Assembly: GCA_043228905.1 (NCBI GenBank)
Contig: JBHGNT010000087.1
Span: 31,819-95,818, forward strand
Direction: 5' to 3'
DNA from: Azolla caroliniana
Lineage: Eukaryota; Plantae; Polypodiophyta
Length of the DNA: 64,000 nt
In this document: piece after piece, positions 43,101-56,599 of the stretch
How the letters are laid out: each line of letters starts with the position of its first letter
How positions within the stretch are numbered: the first letter of the stretch is position 1
Notes under the pieces: generated by a model
Told to the model about the DNA's origin: nothing
Database searches by the model: none
What the model saw: the letters and a program-made list of their open reading frames with translations, nothing else
Program-made: the position numbers and the translations under genes

Positions 43101-45339
43101 TCGCATGTTTGAACACAAAAATCGGATATCACAAGAGCCAGGTATGAACATTTTAATTTACCTACTAGCTCTTCTCAACTCACTCCTCAAATTTGGTAAT
43201 TTCGTCATGTCTCTCGACCTGAGTTTCAAAATCTTGATCTTTTAATTTCATATCATAGCTAGCGTTGTTAGCTTCGATTGGCATGTTTGAACACAAAAAT
43301 CCGATATCACACGAACCAAGTATGAACATTTTAATTTACCTACTAGCTCTTCTCAACTCACTCCTCAAATTTGGTAATTTGGTCATGTCTCTCGACCTGA
43401 GTTTCAAAATCTTGATTTTTTAATTCCATATCGTATCTAGCATTGTTAGCTTCGTTTCGCATGTTTGAACACAAAAATCGGATATCACAAGAGCCAGGTA
43501 TGAACATTTTAATTTACCTACTAGCTCTTCTCAACTCACTCCTCAAATTTGGTAATTTCGTCATGTCTCTCGACCTGAGTTTCAAAATCTTGATCTTTTA
43601 ATTTCATATCATAGCTAGCGTTGTTAGCTTCGATTGGCATGTTTGAACACAAAAATCCGATATCACACGAACCAAGTATGAACATTTTAATTTACCTACT
43701 AGCTCTTCTCAACTCACTCCTCAAATTTGGTAATTTGGTCATGTCTCTCGACCTGAGTTTCAAAATCTTGATTTTTTAATTCCATATCGTATCTAGCATT
43801 GTTACCTTCGTTTCCCATGTTTGAACACAAAAATCCGATATCACACGAGCCAGGTATGACCATTTTCATTTACTCAAGGGCTCCTCTCAACTCACTACTC
43901 AAATTTGGTAATTTCGTCATGTCTCTCGACCTGAGTTTCAAAATCTTCATGTTTTAATTTCATATCATAGCTAGCGTTGTTAGCTTCGTTTCGCATGTTT
44001 GAACACAAAAATCCGATATCACACGAGCCAGGTATGAACATTTTAATTTACCTACTAGCTCTTCTCAACTCACTCCTCAAATTTGGTAATTTCGTCATGT
44101 CCCTCGACCTGAGTTTCAAAATCTTGATTTTTTAATTCCATATCATAGCTAGCGTTGTTAGCTTCGAATCGCATGTTTGAACACAAAAATCTGATATCAC
44201 ACGACCCAAGTATGAACATTTTAATTTACCTACTAGCTCTTCTCAACTCACTCCTCAAATTTGGTAATTTCGTCATGTCTCTCGACCTGAGTTTCAAAAT
44301 CTTGATTTTTTAATTCCATATCGTATCTAGCATTGTTAGCTTCGTTTCGCATGTTTGAACACAAAAATCCGATATCACACGAGCCAGGTATGAACATTTT
44401 CATTTACTCAAGGGCTCCCCTCAACTCACTACTCAAATTTGCTAATTTCGTTATGTCTCTCGACCTGAGTTTCAAAATCTTGATTTTTTAATTCCATATC
44501 ATAGCTAGCGTTGTTAGCTTCGAATCGCATGTTTGAACACAAAAATCCGATATCACACGAGCCAGGTATGAACATTTTCATTTACTCAAGGGCTCCCCTC
44601 AACTCACTCCTCAAATTTGGTAATTTCGTCATGTCTCTCGACCTGAGTTTCAAAATATTGATTTTCTAATTCTATATCGTATCCAGCATTGTTAGCTTCG
44701 TTTCGCATGTTTGAACACAAAAATCCGATATCACACGAGCCAGGTATGAACATTTTAATTTACCTACTAGCTCTTCTCCACTCACTCCTCAAATTTGGTA
44801 ATTTCGTCATGTCCCTCGACCTGAGTTTCAAAATCTTGATTTTTTAATTCCATATCATAGCTAGCGTTGTTAGCTTCGAATCGCATGTTTGAACACAAAA
44901 ATCTGATATCACACGACCCAAGTATGAACATTTTAATTTACCTACTAGCTCTTCTTAACTCACTCCTCAAATTTGGTAATTTCGTCATGTCTCTCGACCT
45001 GAGTTTCAAAATCTTGATTTTTTAATTCCATATCATAGCTAGCGTTGTTAGCTTCGAATCGCATGTTTGAACACAAAAATCTGATATCACACGACCCAAG
45101 TATGAACATTTTAATTTACCTACTAGCTCTTCTCAACTCACTCCTCAAATTTGGTAATTTCGTCATGTCTCTCGACCTGAGTTTCAAAATCTTGATTTTT
45201 TAATTCCATATCGTATCTAGCATTGTTACCTTCGTTTCCCATGTTTGAACACAAAAATCCGATATCACACGAGCCAGGTATGACCATTTTCATTTACCTA
45301 CTAGCTCTTCTCAACTCACTCCTCAAATTTGCTAATTTC

Positions 45340-48300
45340 GTCATGTCTCTCGACCTGAGTTTCAAAATCTTGATTTTTTAATTCCATATCGTATCTAGCA
45401 TTGTTAGCTTCGTTTCGCATGTTTGAACACAAAAATCGGATATCACAAGAGCCAGGTATGAACATTTTAATTTACCTACTAGCTCTTCTCAACTCACTCC
45501 TCAAATTTGGTAATTTCGTCATGTCTCTCGACCTGAGTTTCAAAATCTTGATCTTTTAATTTCATATCATAGCTAGCGTTGTTAGCTTCGATTGGCATGT
45601 TTGAACACAAAAATCCGATATCACACGAACCAAGTATGAACATTTTAATTTACCTACTAGCTCTTCTCAACTCACTCCTCAAATTTGGTAATTTGGTCAT
45701 GTCTCTCGACCTGAGTTTCAAAATCTTGATTTTTTAATTCCATATCGTATCTAGCATTGTTACCTTCGTTTCCCATGTTTGAACACAAAAATCCGATATC
45801 ACACGAGCCAGGTATGACCATTTTCATTTACTCAAGGGCTCCTCTCAACTCACTACTCAAATTTGGTAATTTCGTCATGTCTCTCGACCTGAGTTTCAAA
45901 ATCTTCATGTTTTAATTTCATATCATAGCTAGCGTTGTTAGCTTCGTTTCGCATGTTTGAACACAAAAATCCGATATCACACGAGCCAGGTATGAACATT
46001 TTAATTTACCTACTAGCTCTTCTCAACTCACTCCTCAAATTTGGTAATTTCGTCATGTCCCTCGACCTGAGTTTCAAAATCTTGATTTTTTAATTCCATA
46101 TCATAGCTAGCGTTGTTAGCTTCGAATCGCATGTTTGAACACAAAAATCTGATATCACACGACCCAAGTATGAACATTTTAATTTACCTACTAGCTCTTC
46201 TCAACTCACTCCTCAAATTTGGTAATTTCGTCATGTCTCTCGACCTGAGTTTCAAAATCTTGATTTTTTAATTCCATATCGTATCTAGCATTGTTAGCTT
46301 CGTTTCGCATGTTTGAACACAAAAATCCGATATCACACGAGCCAGGTATGAACATTTTCATTTACTCAAGGGCTCCCCTCAACTCACTACTCAAATTTGC
46401 TAATTTCGTTATGTCTCTCGACCTGAGTTTCAAAATCTTGATTTTTTAATTCCATATCATAGCTAGCGTTGTTAGCTTCGAATCGCATGTTTGAACACAA
46501 AAATCCGATATCACACGAGCCAGGTATGAACATTTTCATTTACTCAAGGGCTCCCCTCAACTCACTCCTCAAATTTGGTAATTTCGTCATGTCTCTCGAC
46601 CTGAGTTTCAAAATATTGATTTTCTAATTCTATATCGTATCCAGCATTGTTAGCTTCGTTTCGCATGTTTGAACACAAAAATCCGATATCACACGAGCTA
46701 GGTATGACCATTTTCATTTACCTACTAGCTCTTCTCAACTCACTCCTCAAATTTGCTAATTTCGTCATGTCTCTCGACCTGAGTTTCAAAATCTTGATTT
46801 TTTAATTCCATATCATAGCTAGCGTTGTTAGCTTCGATTCGCATGTTTGAACACAAAAATCTGATATCACACGACCCAAGTATGAACATTTTAATTTACC
46901 TACTAGCTCTTCTCAACTCACTCCTCAAATTTGCTAATTTCGTCATGTCTCTCGACCTGAGTTTCAAAATCTTGATTTTTTAATTCCATATCATAGCTAG
47001 CGTTGTTAGCTTCGAATCGCATGTTTGAACACAAAAATCCGATATCACACGAGCCAGGTATGAACATTTTCATTTACTCAAGGGCTCCTCTCAACTCACT
47101 ACTCAAATTTGGTATTTTCGTCATGTCTCTCGACCTGAGTTTCAAAATCTTGATTTTTTAATTCCATATCATAGCTAGCGTTGTTAGCTTCGAATCGCAT
47201 GTTTGAACACAAAAATCCGATATCACACGAGCCAGGTATGAACATTTTCATTTACTCAAGGGCTCCCCTCAACTCACTCCTCAAATTTGGTAATTTCGTC
47301 ATGTCTCTCGACCTGAGTTTCAAAATCTTGATTTTTTAATTCCATATCGTATCTAGCATTGTTAGCTTCGTTTTGCATGTTTGAACACAAAAATCCGATA
47401 TCACACGAGCTAGGTATGACCATTTTCATTTACCTACTAGCTCTTCTCAACTCACTCCTCAAATTTGCTAATTTCGTCATGTCTCTCGACCTGAGTTTCA
47501 AAATCTTGATTTTTTAATTCCATATCATAGCTAGCGTTGTTAGCTTCGATTCGCATGTTTGAACACAAAAATCTGATATCACACGACCCAAGTATGAACA
47601 TTTTAATTTACCTACTAGCTCTTCTCAACTCACTCCTCAAATTTGGTAATTTCGTCATGTCTCTCGACCTGAGTTTCAAAATCTTGATTTTTTAATTCCA
47701 TATCGTATCTAGCATTGTTAGCTTCGTTTCGCATGTTTGAACACAAAAATCGGATATCACAAGAGCCAGGTATGAACATTTTAATTTACCTACTAGCTCT
47801 TCTCAACTCACTCCTCAAATTTGGTAATTTCGTCATGTCTCTCGACCTGAGTTTCAAAATCTTGATCTTTTAATTTCATATCATAGCTAGCGTTGTTAGC
47901 TTCGATTGGCATGTTTGAACACAAAAATCCGATATCACACGAACCAAGTATGAACATTTTAATTTACCTACTAGCTCTTCTCAACTCACTCCTCAAATTT
48001 GGTAATTTGGTCATGTCTCTCGACCTGAGTTTCAAAATCTTGATTTTTTAATTCCATATCGTATCTAGCATTGTTAGCTTCGTTTCGCATGTTTGAACAC
48101 AAAAATCGGATATCACAAGAGCCAGGTATGAACATTTTAATTTACCTACTAGCTCTTCTCAACTCACTCCTCAAATTTGGTAATTTCGTCATGTCTCTCG
48201 ACCTGAGTTTCAAAATCTTGATCTTTTAATTTCATATCATAGCTAGCGTTGTTAGCTTCGATTGGCATGTTTGAACACAAAAATCCGATATCACACGAAC

Positions 48301-51300
48301 CAAGTATGAACATTTTAATTTACCTACTAGCTCTTCTCAACTCACTCCTCAAATTTGGTAATTTGGTCATGTCTCTCGACCTGAGTTTCAAAATCTTGAT
48401 TTTTTAATTCCATATCGTATCTAGCATTGTTACCTTCGTTTCCCATGTTTGAACACAAAAATCCGATATCACACGAGCCAGGTATGACCATTTTCATTTA
48501 CTCAAGGGCTCCTCTCAACTCACTACTCAAATTTGGTAATTTCGTCATGTCTCTCGACCTGAGTTTCAAAATCTTCATGTTTTAATTTCATATCATAGCT
48601 AGCGTTGTTAGCTTCGTTTCGCATGTTTGAACACAAAAATCCGATATCACACGAGCCAGGTATGAACATTTTAATTTACCTACTAGCTCTTCTCAACTCA
48701 CTCCTCAAATTTGGTAATTTCGTCATGTCCCTCGACCTGAGTTTCAAAATCTTGATTTTTTAATTCCATATCATAGCTAGCGTTGTTAGCTTCGAATCGC
48801 ATGTTTGAACACAAAAATCTGATATCACACGACCCAAGTATGAACATTTTAATTTACCTACTAGCTCTTCTCAACTCACTCCTCAAATTTGGTAATTTCG
48901 TCATGTCTCTCGACCTGAGTTTCAAAATCTTGATTTTTTAATTCCATATCGTATCTAGCATTGTTAGCTTCGTTTCGCATGTTTGAACACAAAAATCCGA
49001 TATCACACGAGCCAGGTATGAACATTTTCATTTACTCAAGGGCTCCCCTCAACTCACTACTCAAATTTGCTAATTTCGTTATGTCTCTCGACCTGAGTTT
49101 CAAAATCTTGATTTTTTAATTCCATATCATAGCTAGCGTTGTTAGCTTCGAATCGCATGTTTGAACACAAAAATCCGATATCACACGAGCCAGGTATGAA
49201 CATTTTCATTTACTCAAGGGCTCCCCTCAACTCACTCCTCAAATTTGGTAATTTCGTCATGTCTCTCGACCTGAGTTTCAAAATATTGATTTTCTAATTC
49301 TATATCGTATCCAGCATTGTTAGCTTCGTTTCGCATGTTTGAACACAAAAATCCGATATCACACGAGCTAGGTATGACCATTTTCATTTACCTACTAGCT
49401 CTTCTCAACTCACTCCTCAAATTTGCTAATTTCGTCATGTCTCTCGACCTGAGTTTCAAAATCTTGATTTTTTAATTCCATATCATAGCTAGCGTTGTTA
49501 GCTTCGATTCGCATGTTTGAACACAAAAATCTGATATCACACGACCCAAGTATGAACATTTTAATTTACCTACTAGCTCTTCTCAACTCACTCCTCAAAT
49601 TTGCTAATTTCGTCATGTCTCTCGACCTGAGTTTCAAAATCTTGATTTTTTAATTCCATATCATAGCTAGCGTTGTTAGCTTCGAATCGCATGTTTGAAC
49701 ACAAAAATCCGATATCACACGAGCCAGGTATGAACATTTTCATTTACTCAAGGGCTCCTCTCAACTCACTACTCAAATTTGGTATTTTCGTCATGTCTCT
49801 CGACCTGAGTTTCAAAATCTTGATTTTTTAATTCCATATCATAGCTAGCGTTGTTAGCTTCGAATCGCATGTTTGAACACAAAAATCCGATATCACACGA
49901 GCCAGGTATGAACATTTTCATTTACTCAAGGGCTCCCCTCAACTCACTCCTCAAATTTGGTAATTTCGTCATGTCTCTCGACCTGAGTTTCAAAATCTTG
50001 ATTTTTTAATTCCATATCGTATCTAGCATTGTTAGCTTCGTTTTGCATGTTTGAACACAAAAATCCGATATCACACGAGCTAGGTATGACCATTTTCATT
50101 TACCTACTAGCTCTTCTCAACTCACTCCTCAAATTTGCTAATTTCGTCATGTCTCTCGACCTGAGTTTCAAAATCTTGATTTTTTAATTCCATATCATAG
50201 CTAGCGTTGTTAGCTTCGATTCGCATGTTTGAACACAAAAATCTGATATCACACGACCCAAGTATGAACATTTTAATTTACCTACTAGCTCTTCTCAACT
50301 CACTCCTCAAATTTGGTAATTTCGTCATGTCTCTCGACCTGAGTTTCAAAATCTTGATTTTTTAATTCCATATCGTATCTAGCATTGTTAGCTTCGTTTC
50401 GCATGTTTGAACACAAAAATCGGATATCACAAGAGCCAGGTATGAACATTTTAATTTACCTACTAGCTCTTCTCAACTCACTCCTCAAATTTGGTAATTT
50501 CGTCATGTCTCTCGACCTGAGTTTCAAAATCTTGATCTTTTAATTTCATATCATAGCTAGCGTTGTTAGCTTCGATTGGCATGTTTGAACACAAAAATCC
50601 GATATCACACGAACCAAGTATGAACATTTTAATTTACCTACTAGCTCTTCTCAACTCACTCCTCAAATTTGGTAATTTGGTCATGTCTCTCGACCTGAGT
50701 TTCAAAATCTTGATTTTTTAATTCCATATCGTATCTAGCATTGTTAGCTTCGTTTCGCATGTTTGAACACAAAAATCGGATATCACAAGAGCCAGGTATG
50801 AACATTTTAATTTACCTACTAGCTCTTCTCAACTCACTCCTCAAATTTGGTAATTTCGTCATGTCTCTCGACCTGAGTTTCAAAATCTTGATCTTTTAAT
50901 TTCATATCATAGCTAGCGTTGTTAGCTTCGATTGGCATGTTTGAACACAAAAATCCGATATCACACGAACCAAGTATGAACATTTTAATTTACCTACTAG
51001 CTCTTCTCAACTCACTCCTCAAATTTGGTAATTTGGTCATGTCTCTCGACCTGAGTTTCAAAATCTTGATTTTTTAATTCCATATCGTATCTAGCATTGT
51101 TACCTTCGTTTCCCATGTTTGAACACAAAAATCCGATATCACACGAGCCAGGTATGACCATTTTCATTTACTCAAGGGCTCCTCTCAACTCACTACTCAA
51201 ATTTGGTAATTTCGTCATGTCTCTCGACCTGAGTTTCAAAATCTTCATGTTTTAATTTCATATCATAGCTAGCGTTGTTAGCTTCGTTTCGCATGTTTGA

Positions 51301-51783
51301 ACACAAAAATCCGATATCACACGAGCCAGGTATGAACATTTTAATTTACCTACTAGCTCTTCTCAACTCACTCCTCAAATTTGGTAATTTCGTCATGTCC
51401 CTCGACCTGAGTTTCAAAATCTTGATTTTTTAATTCCATATCATAGCTAGCGTTGTTAGCTTCGAATCGCATGTTTGAACACAAAAATCTGATATCACAC
51501 GACCCAAGTATGAACATTTTAATTTACCTACTAGCTCTTCTCAACTCACTCCTCAAATTTGGTAATTTCGTCATGTCTCTCGACCTGAGTTTCAAAATCT
51601 TGATTTTTTAATTCCATATCGTATCTAGCATTGTTAGCTTCGTTTCGCATGTTTGAACACAAAAATCCGATATCACACGAGCCAGGTATGAACATTTTCA
51701 TTTACTCAAGGGCTCCCCTCAACTCACTACTCAAATTTGCTAATTTCGTTATGTCTCTCGACCTGAGTTTCAAAATCTTGATT
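45340..51783 (+). repeat. 15-mer (2670 bp) higher-order repeat, ~2.4 copies (same period also at ~40750-44740)
   Basis: CAAAATATTG at 46609/49279 (and 41981/44651), CGTTTTGCAT at 47369/50039, TCGTTATG at 46406/49076/51746. Confidence 0.9.
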
Positions 51784-54700
51784 GTTTAATTCCATATCAT
51801 AGCTAGCGTTGTTAGCTTCGAATCGCATGTTTGAACACAAAAATCCGATATCACACGAGCCAGGTATGAACATTTTGATTTACTCAAGGGCTCCTCTCAA
51901 CTCACTACTCAAATTTGCTAATTTCGTCATGTCTCTCGACCTGAGTTTCAAAATCTTGATTTTTTAATTCCATATCATAGCTAGCGTTGTTAGCTTCGAA
52001 TCGCATGTTTGAACACAAAAATCTGATATCACACGACCCAAGTATGAACATTTTAATTTACCTACTAGCTCTTCTCAACTCACTCCTCAAATTTGGTAAT
52101 TTCGTCATGTCTCTCGACCTGAGTTTCAAAATCTTGATTTTTTAATTCCATATCGTATCTAGCATTGTTAGCTTCGTTTCGCATGTTTGAACACAAAAAT
52201 CCGATATCACACGAGCTAGGTATGACCATTTTCATTTACCTACTAGCTCTTCTCAACTCACTCCTCAAATTTGGTAATTTCGTCATGTCTCTCGACCTGA
52301 GTTTCAAAATCTTGATTTTTTAATTCCATATCATAGCTAGCGTTCTTAGCTTCGAATCGCATGTTTGAACACAAAAATCCGATATCACACGAGCCAGGTA
52401 TGAACATTTTCATTTACTCAAGGGTTCCCCTCAACTCACTCCTCAAATTTGCTAATTTCCTCATGTCTCTCGACCTGAGTTTCAAAATCTTGATTTTTTA
52501 ATTCTATCTCATAGCTAGCGTTGTTAGCTTCGATTCGCATGTTTGAACACAAAAATCCGATATCACACGAGCCAAGTATGAACATTTTCATTTACTCAAG
52601 GGCTCCTCTCAACTCACTACTCAAATTTGGTAATTTCGTCATGTCTCTCGACCTGAGATTCAAAATCTTGATTTTTTAATTCCATATCATAGCTAGCGTT
52701 GTTAGCTTCGAATCGCATGTTTGAACACAAAAATCTGATATCACACGACCCAAGTATGAACATTTTAATTTACCTACTAGCTCTTCTCCACTCACTCCTC
52801 AAATTTGGTAATTTCGTCATGTCTCTCGACCTGAGTTTCAAAATCTTGATTTTTTAATTCCATATTGTATCTAGCATTGTTAGCTTCGGTTCGCATGTTT
52901 GAACACAAAAATCCGATATCACACGAGCTAGGTATGAACATTTTCATTTACCTACTAGCTCTTCTCAACTCACTCCTCAAATTTGGTAATTTCGTCATGT
53001 CTCTCGACCTGAGTTTCAAAATCTTGATTTTTTAATTCCATATCATAGCTAGCATTGTTAGCTTCGAATCGCATGTTTGAACACAAAAATCCGATATCAC
53101 ACGAGCCAGGTATGAACATTTTCATTTACTCAAGGGCTCCCCTCAACTCACTACTCAAATTTGGTAATTTCGTCATGTCTCTCGACCTGAGTTTCAAAAT
53201 CTTGATCTTTTAATTTCATATCATAGCTAGCGTTGTTAGCTTCGATTGGCATGTTTGAACACAAAAATCCGATATCACACGAACCAAGTATGAACATTTT
53301 AATTTACCTACTAGCTCTTCTCGTCATGTCTCTCGACCTGAGTTTCAAAATCTTGATTTTTTAATTCCATATCGTATCTAGCATTGTTAGCTTCGTTTCG
53401 CATGTTTGAACACAAAAATCGGATATCACAAGAGCCAGGTATGAACATTTTAATTTACCTACTAGCTCTTCTCAACTCACTCCTCAAATTTGGTAATTTC
53501 GTCATGTCTCTCGACCTGAGTTTCAAAATCTTGATCTTTTAATTTCATATCATAGCTAGCGTTGTTAGCTTCGATTGGCATGTTTGAACACAAAAATCCG
53601 ATATCACACGAACCAAGTATGAACATTTTAATTTACCTACTAGCTCTTCTCAACTCACTCCTCAAATTTGGTAATTTGGTCATGTCTCTCGACCTGAGTT
53701 TCAAAATCTTGATTTTTTAATTCCATATCGTATCTAGCATTGTTAGCTTCGTTTCGCATGTTTGAACACAAAAATCGGATATCACAAGAGCCAGGTATGA
53801 ACATTTTAATTTACCTACTAGCTCTTCTCAACTCACTCCTCAAATTTGGTAATTTCGTCATGTCTCTCGACCTGAGTTTCAAAATCTTGATCTTTTAATT
53901 TCATATCATAGCTAGCGTTGTTAGCTTCGATTGGCATGTTTGAACACAAAAATCCGATATCACACGAACCAAGTATGAACATTTTAATTTACCTACTAGC
54001 TCTTCTCAACTCACTCCTCAAATTTGGTAATTTGGTCATGTCTCTCGACCTGAGTTTCAAAATCTTGATTTTTTAATTCCATATCGTATCTAACATTGTT
54101 ACCTTCGTTTCCCATGTTTGAACACAAAAATCCGATATCACACGAGCCAGGTATGAACATTTTAATTTACCTACTAGCTCTTCTCAACTCACTCCTCAAA
54201 TTTGGTAATTTCGTCATGTCTCTCGACCTGAGTTTCAAAATCTTGATCTTTTAATTTCATATCATAGCTAGCGTTGTTAGCTTCGATTGGCATGTTTGAA
54301 CACAAAAATCCGATATCACACGAACCAAGTATGAACATTTTAATTTACCTACTAGCTCTTCTCAACTCACTCCTCAAATTTGGTAATTTGGTCATGTCTC
54401 TCGACCTGAGTTTCAAAATCTTGATTTTTTAATTCCATATCGTATCTAGCATTGTTACCTTCGTTTCCCATGTTTGAACACAAAAATCCGATATCACACG
54501 AGCCAGGTATGACCATTTTCATTTACTCAAGGGCTCCTCTCAACTCACTACTCAAATTTGGTAATTTCGTCATGTCTCTCGACCTGAGTTTCAAAATCTT
54601 CATGTTTTAATTTCATATCATAGCTAGCGTTGTTAGCTTCGTTTCGCATGTTTGAACACAAAAATCCGATATCACACGAGCCAGGTATGAACATTTTAAT

Positions 54701-56599
54701 TTACCTACTAGCTCTTCTCAACTCACTCCTCAAATTTGGTAATTTCGTCATGTCCCTCGACCTGAGTTTCAAAATCTTGATTTTTTAATTCCATATCATA
54801 GCTAGCGTTGTTAGCTTCGAATCGCATGTTTGAACACAAAAATCTGATATCACACGACCCAAGTATGAACATTTTAATTTACCTACTAGCTCTTCTCAAC
54901 TCACTCCTCAAATTTGGTAATTTCGTCATGTCTCTCGACCTGAGTTTCAAAATCTTGATTTTTTAATTCCATATCGTATCTAGCATTGTTAGCTTCGTTT
55001 CGCATGTTTGAACACAAAAATCCGATATCACACGAGCCAGGTATGAACATTTTCATTTACTCAAGGGCTCCCCTCAACTCACTACTCAAATTTGCTAATT
55101 TCGTTATGTCTCTCGACCTGAGTTTCAAAATCTTGATTGTTTAATTCCATATCATAGCTAGCGTTGTTAGCTTCGAATCGCATGTTTGAACACAAAAATC
55201 CGATATCACACGAGCCAGGTATGAACATTTTGATTTACTCAAGGGCTCCTCTCAACTCACTACTCAAATTTGCTAATTTCGTCATGTCTCTCGACCTGAG
55301 TTTCAAAATCTTGATTTTTTAATTCCATATCATAGCTAGCGTTGTTAGCTTCGAATCGCATGTTTGAACACAAAAATCTGATATCACACGACCCAAGTAT
55401 GAACATTTTAATTTACCTACTAGCTCTTCTCAACTCACTCCTCAAATTTGGTAATTTCGTCATGTCTCTCGACCTGAGTTTCAAAATCTTGATTTTTTAA
55501 TTCCATATCGTATCTAGCATTGTTAGCTTCGTTTCGCATGTTTGAACACAAAAATCCGATATCACACGAGCTAGGTATGACCATTTTCATTTACCTACTA
55601 GCTCTTCTCAACTCACTCCTCAAATTTGGTAATTTCGTCATGTCTCTCGACCTGAGTTTCAAAATCTTGATTTTTTAATTCCATATCATAGCTAGCGTTC
55701 TTAGCTTCGAATCGCATGTTTGAACACAAAAATCCGATATCACACGAGCCAGGTATGAACATTTTCATTTACTCAAGGGTTCCCCTCAACTCACTCCTCA
55801 AATTTGCTAATTTCCTCATGTCTCTCGACCTGAGTTTCAAAATCTTGATTTTTTAATTCTATCTCATAGCTAGCGTTGTTAGCTTCGATTCGCATGTTTG
55901 AACACAAAAATCCGATATCACACGAGCCAAGTATGAACATTTTCATTTACTCAAGGGCTCCTCTCAACTCACTACTCAAATTTGGTAATTTCGTCATGTC
56001 TCTCGACCTGAGATTCAAAATCTTGATTTTTTAATTCCATATCATAGCTAGCGTTGTTAGCTTCGAATCGCATGTTTGAACACAAAAATCTGATATCACA
56101 CGACCCAAGTATGAACATTTTAATTTACCTACTAGCTCTTCTCCACTCACTCCTCAAATTTGGTAATTTCGTCATGTCTCTCGACCTGAGTTTCAAAATC
56201 TTGATTTTTTAATTCCATATTGTATCTAGCATTGTTAGCTTCGGTTCGCATGTTTGAACACAAAAATCCGATATCACACGAGCTAGGTATGAACATTTTC
56301 ATTTACCTACTAGCTCTTCTCAACTCACTCCTCAAATTTGGTAATTTCGTCATGTCTCTCGACCTGAGTTTCAAAATCTTGATTTTTTAATTCCATATCA
56401 TAGCTAGCATTGTTAGCTTCGAATCGCATGTTTGAACACAAAAATCCGATATCACACGAGCCAGGTATGAACATTTTCATTTACTCAAGGGCTCCCCTCA
56501 ACTCACTACTCAAATTTGGTAATTTCGTCATGTCTCTCGACCTGAGTTTCAAAATCTTGATCTTTTAATTTCATATCATAGCTAGCGTTGTTAGCTTCG
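50790..56599 (+). repeat. Duplication at 3355-bp offset (19 monomers minus 27 bp): ~50790-53244 matches ~54145-56599
   Basis: GATTGTTT at 51784/55139, TTTTGATTTACTC at 51877/55232, GGGTTCCCC at 52425/55780. Confidence 0.88.
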
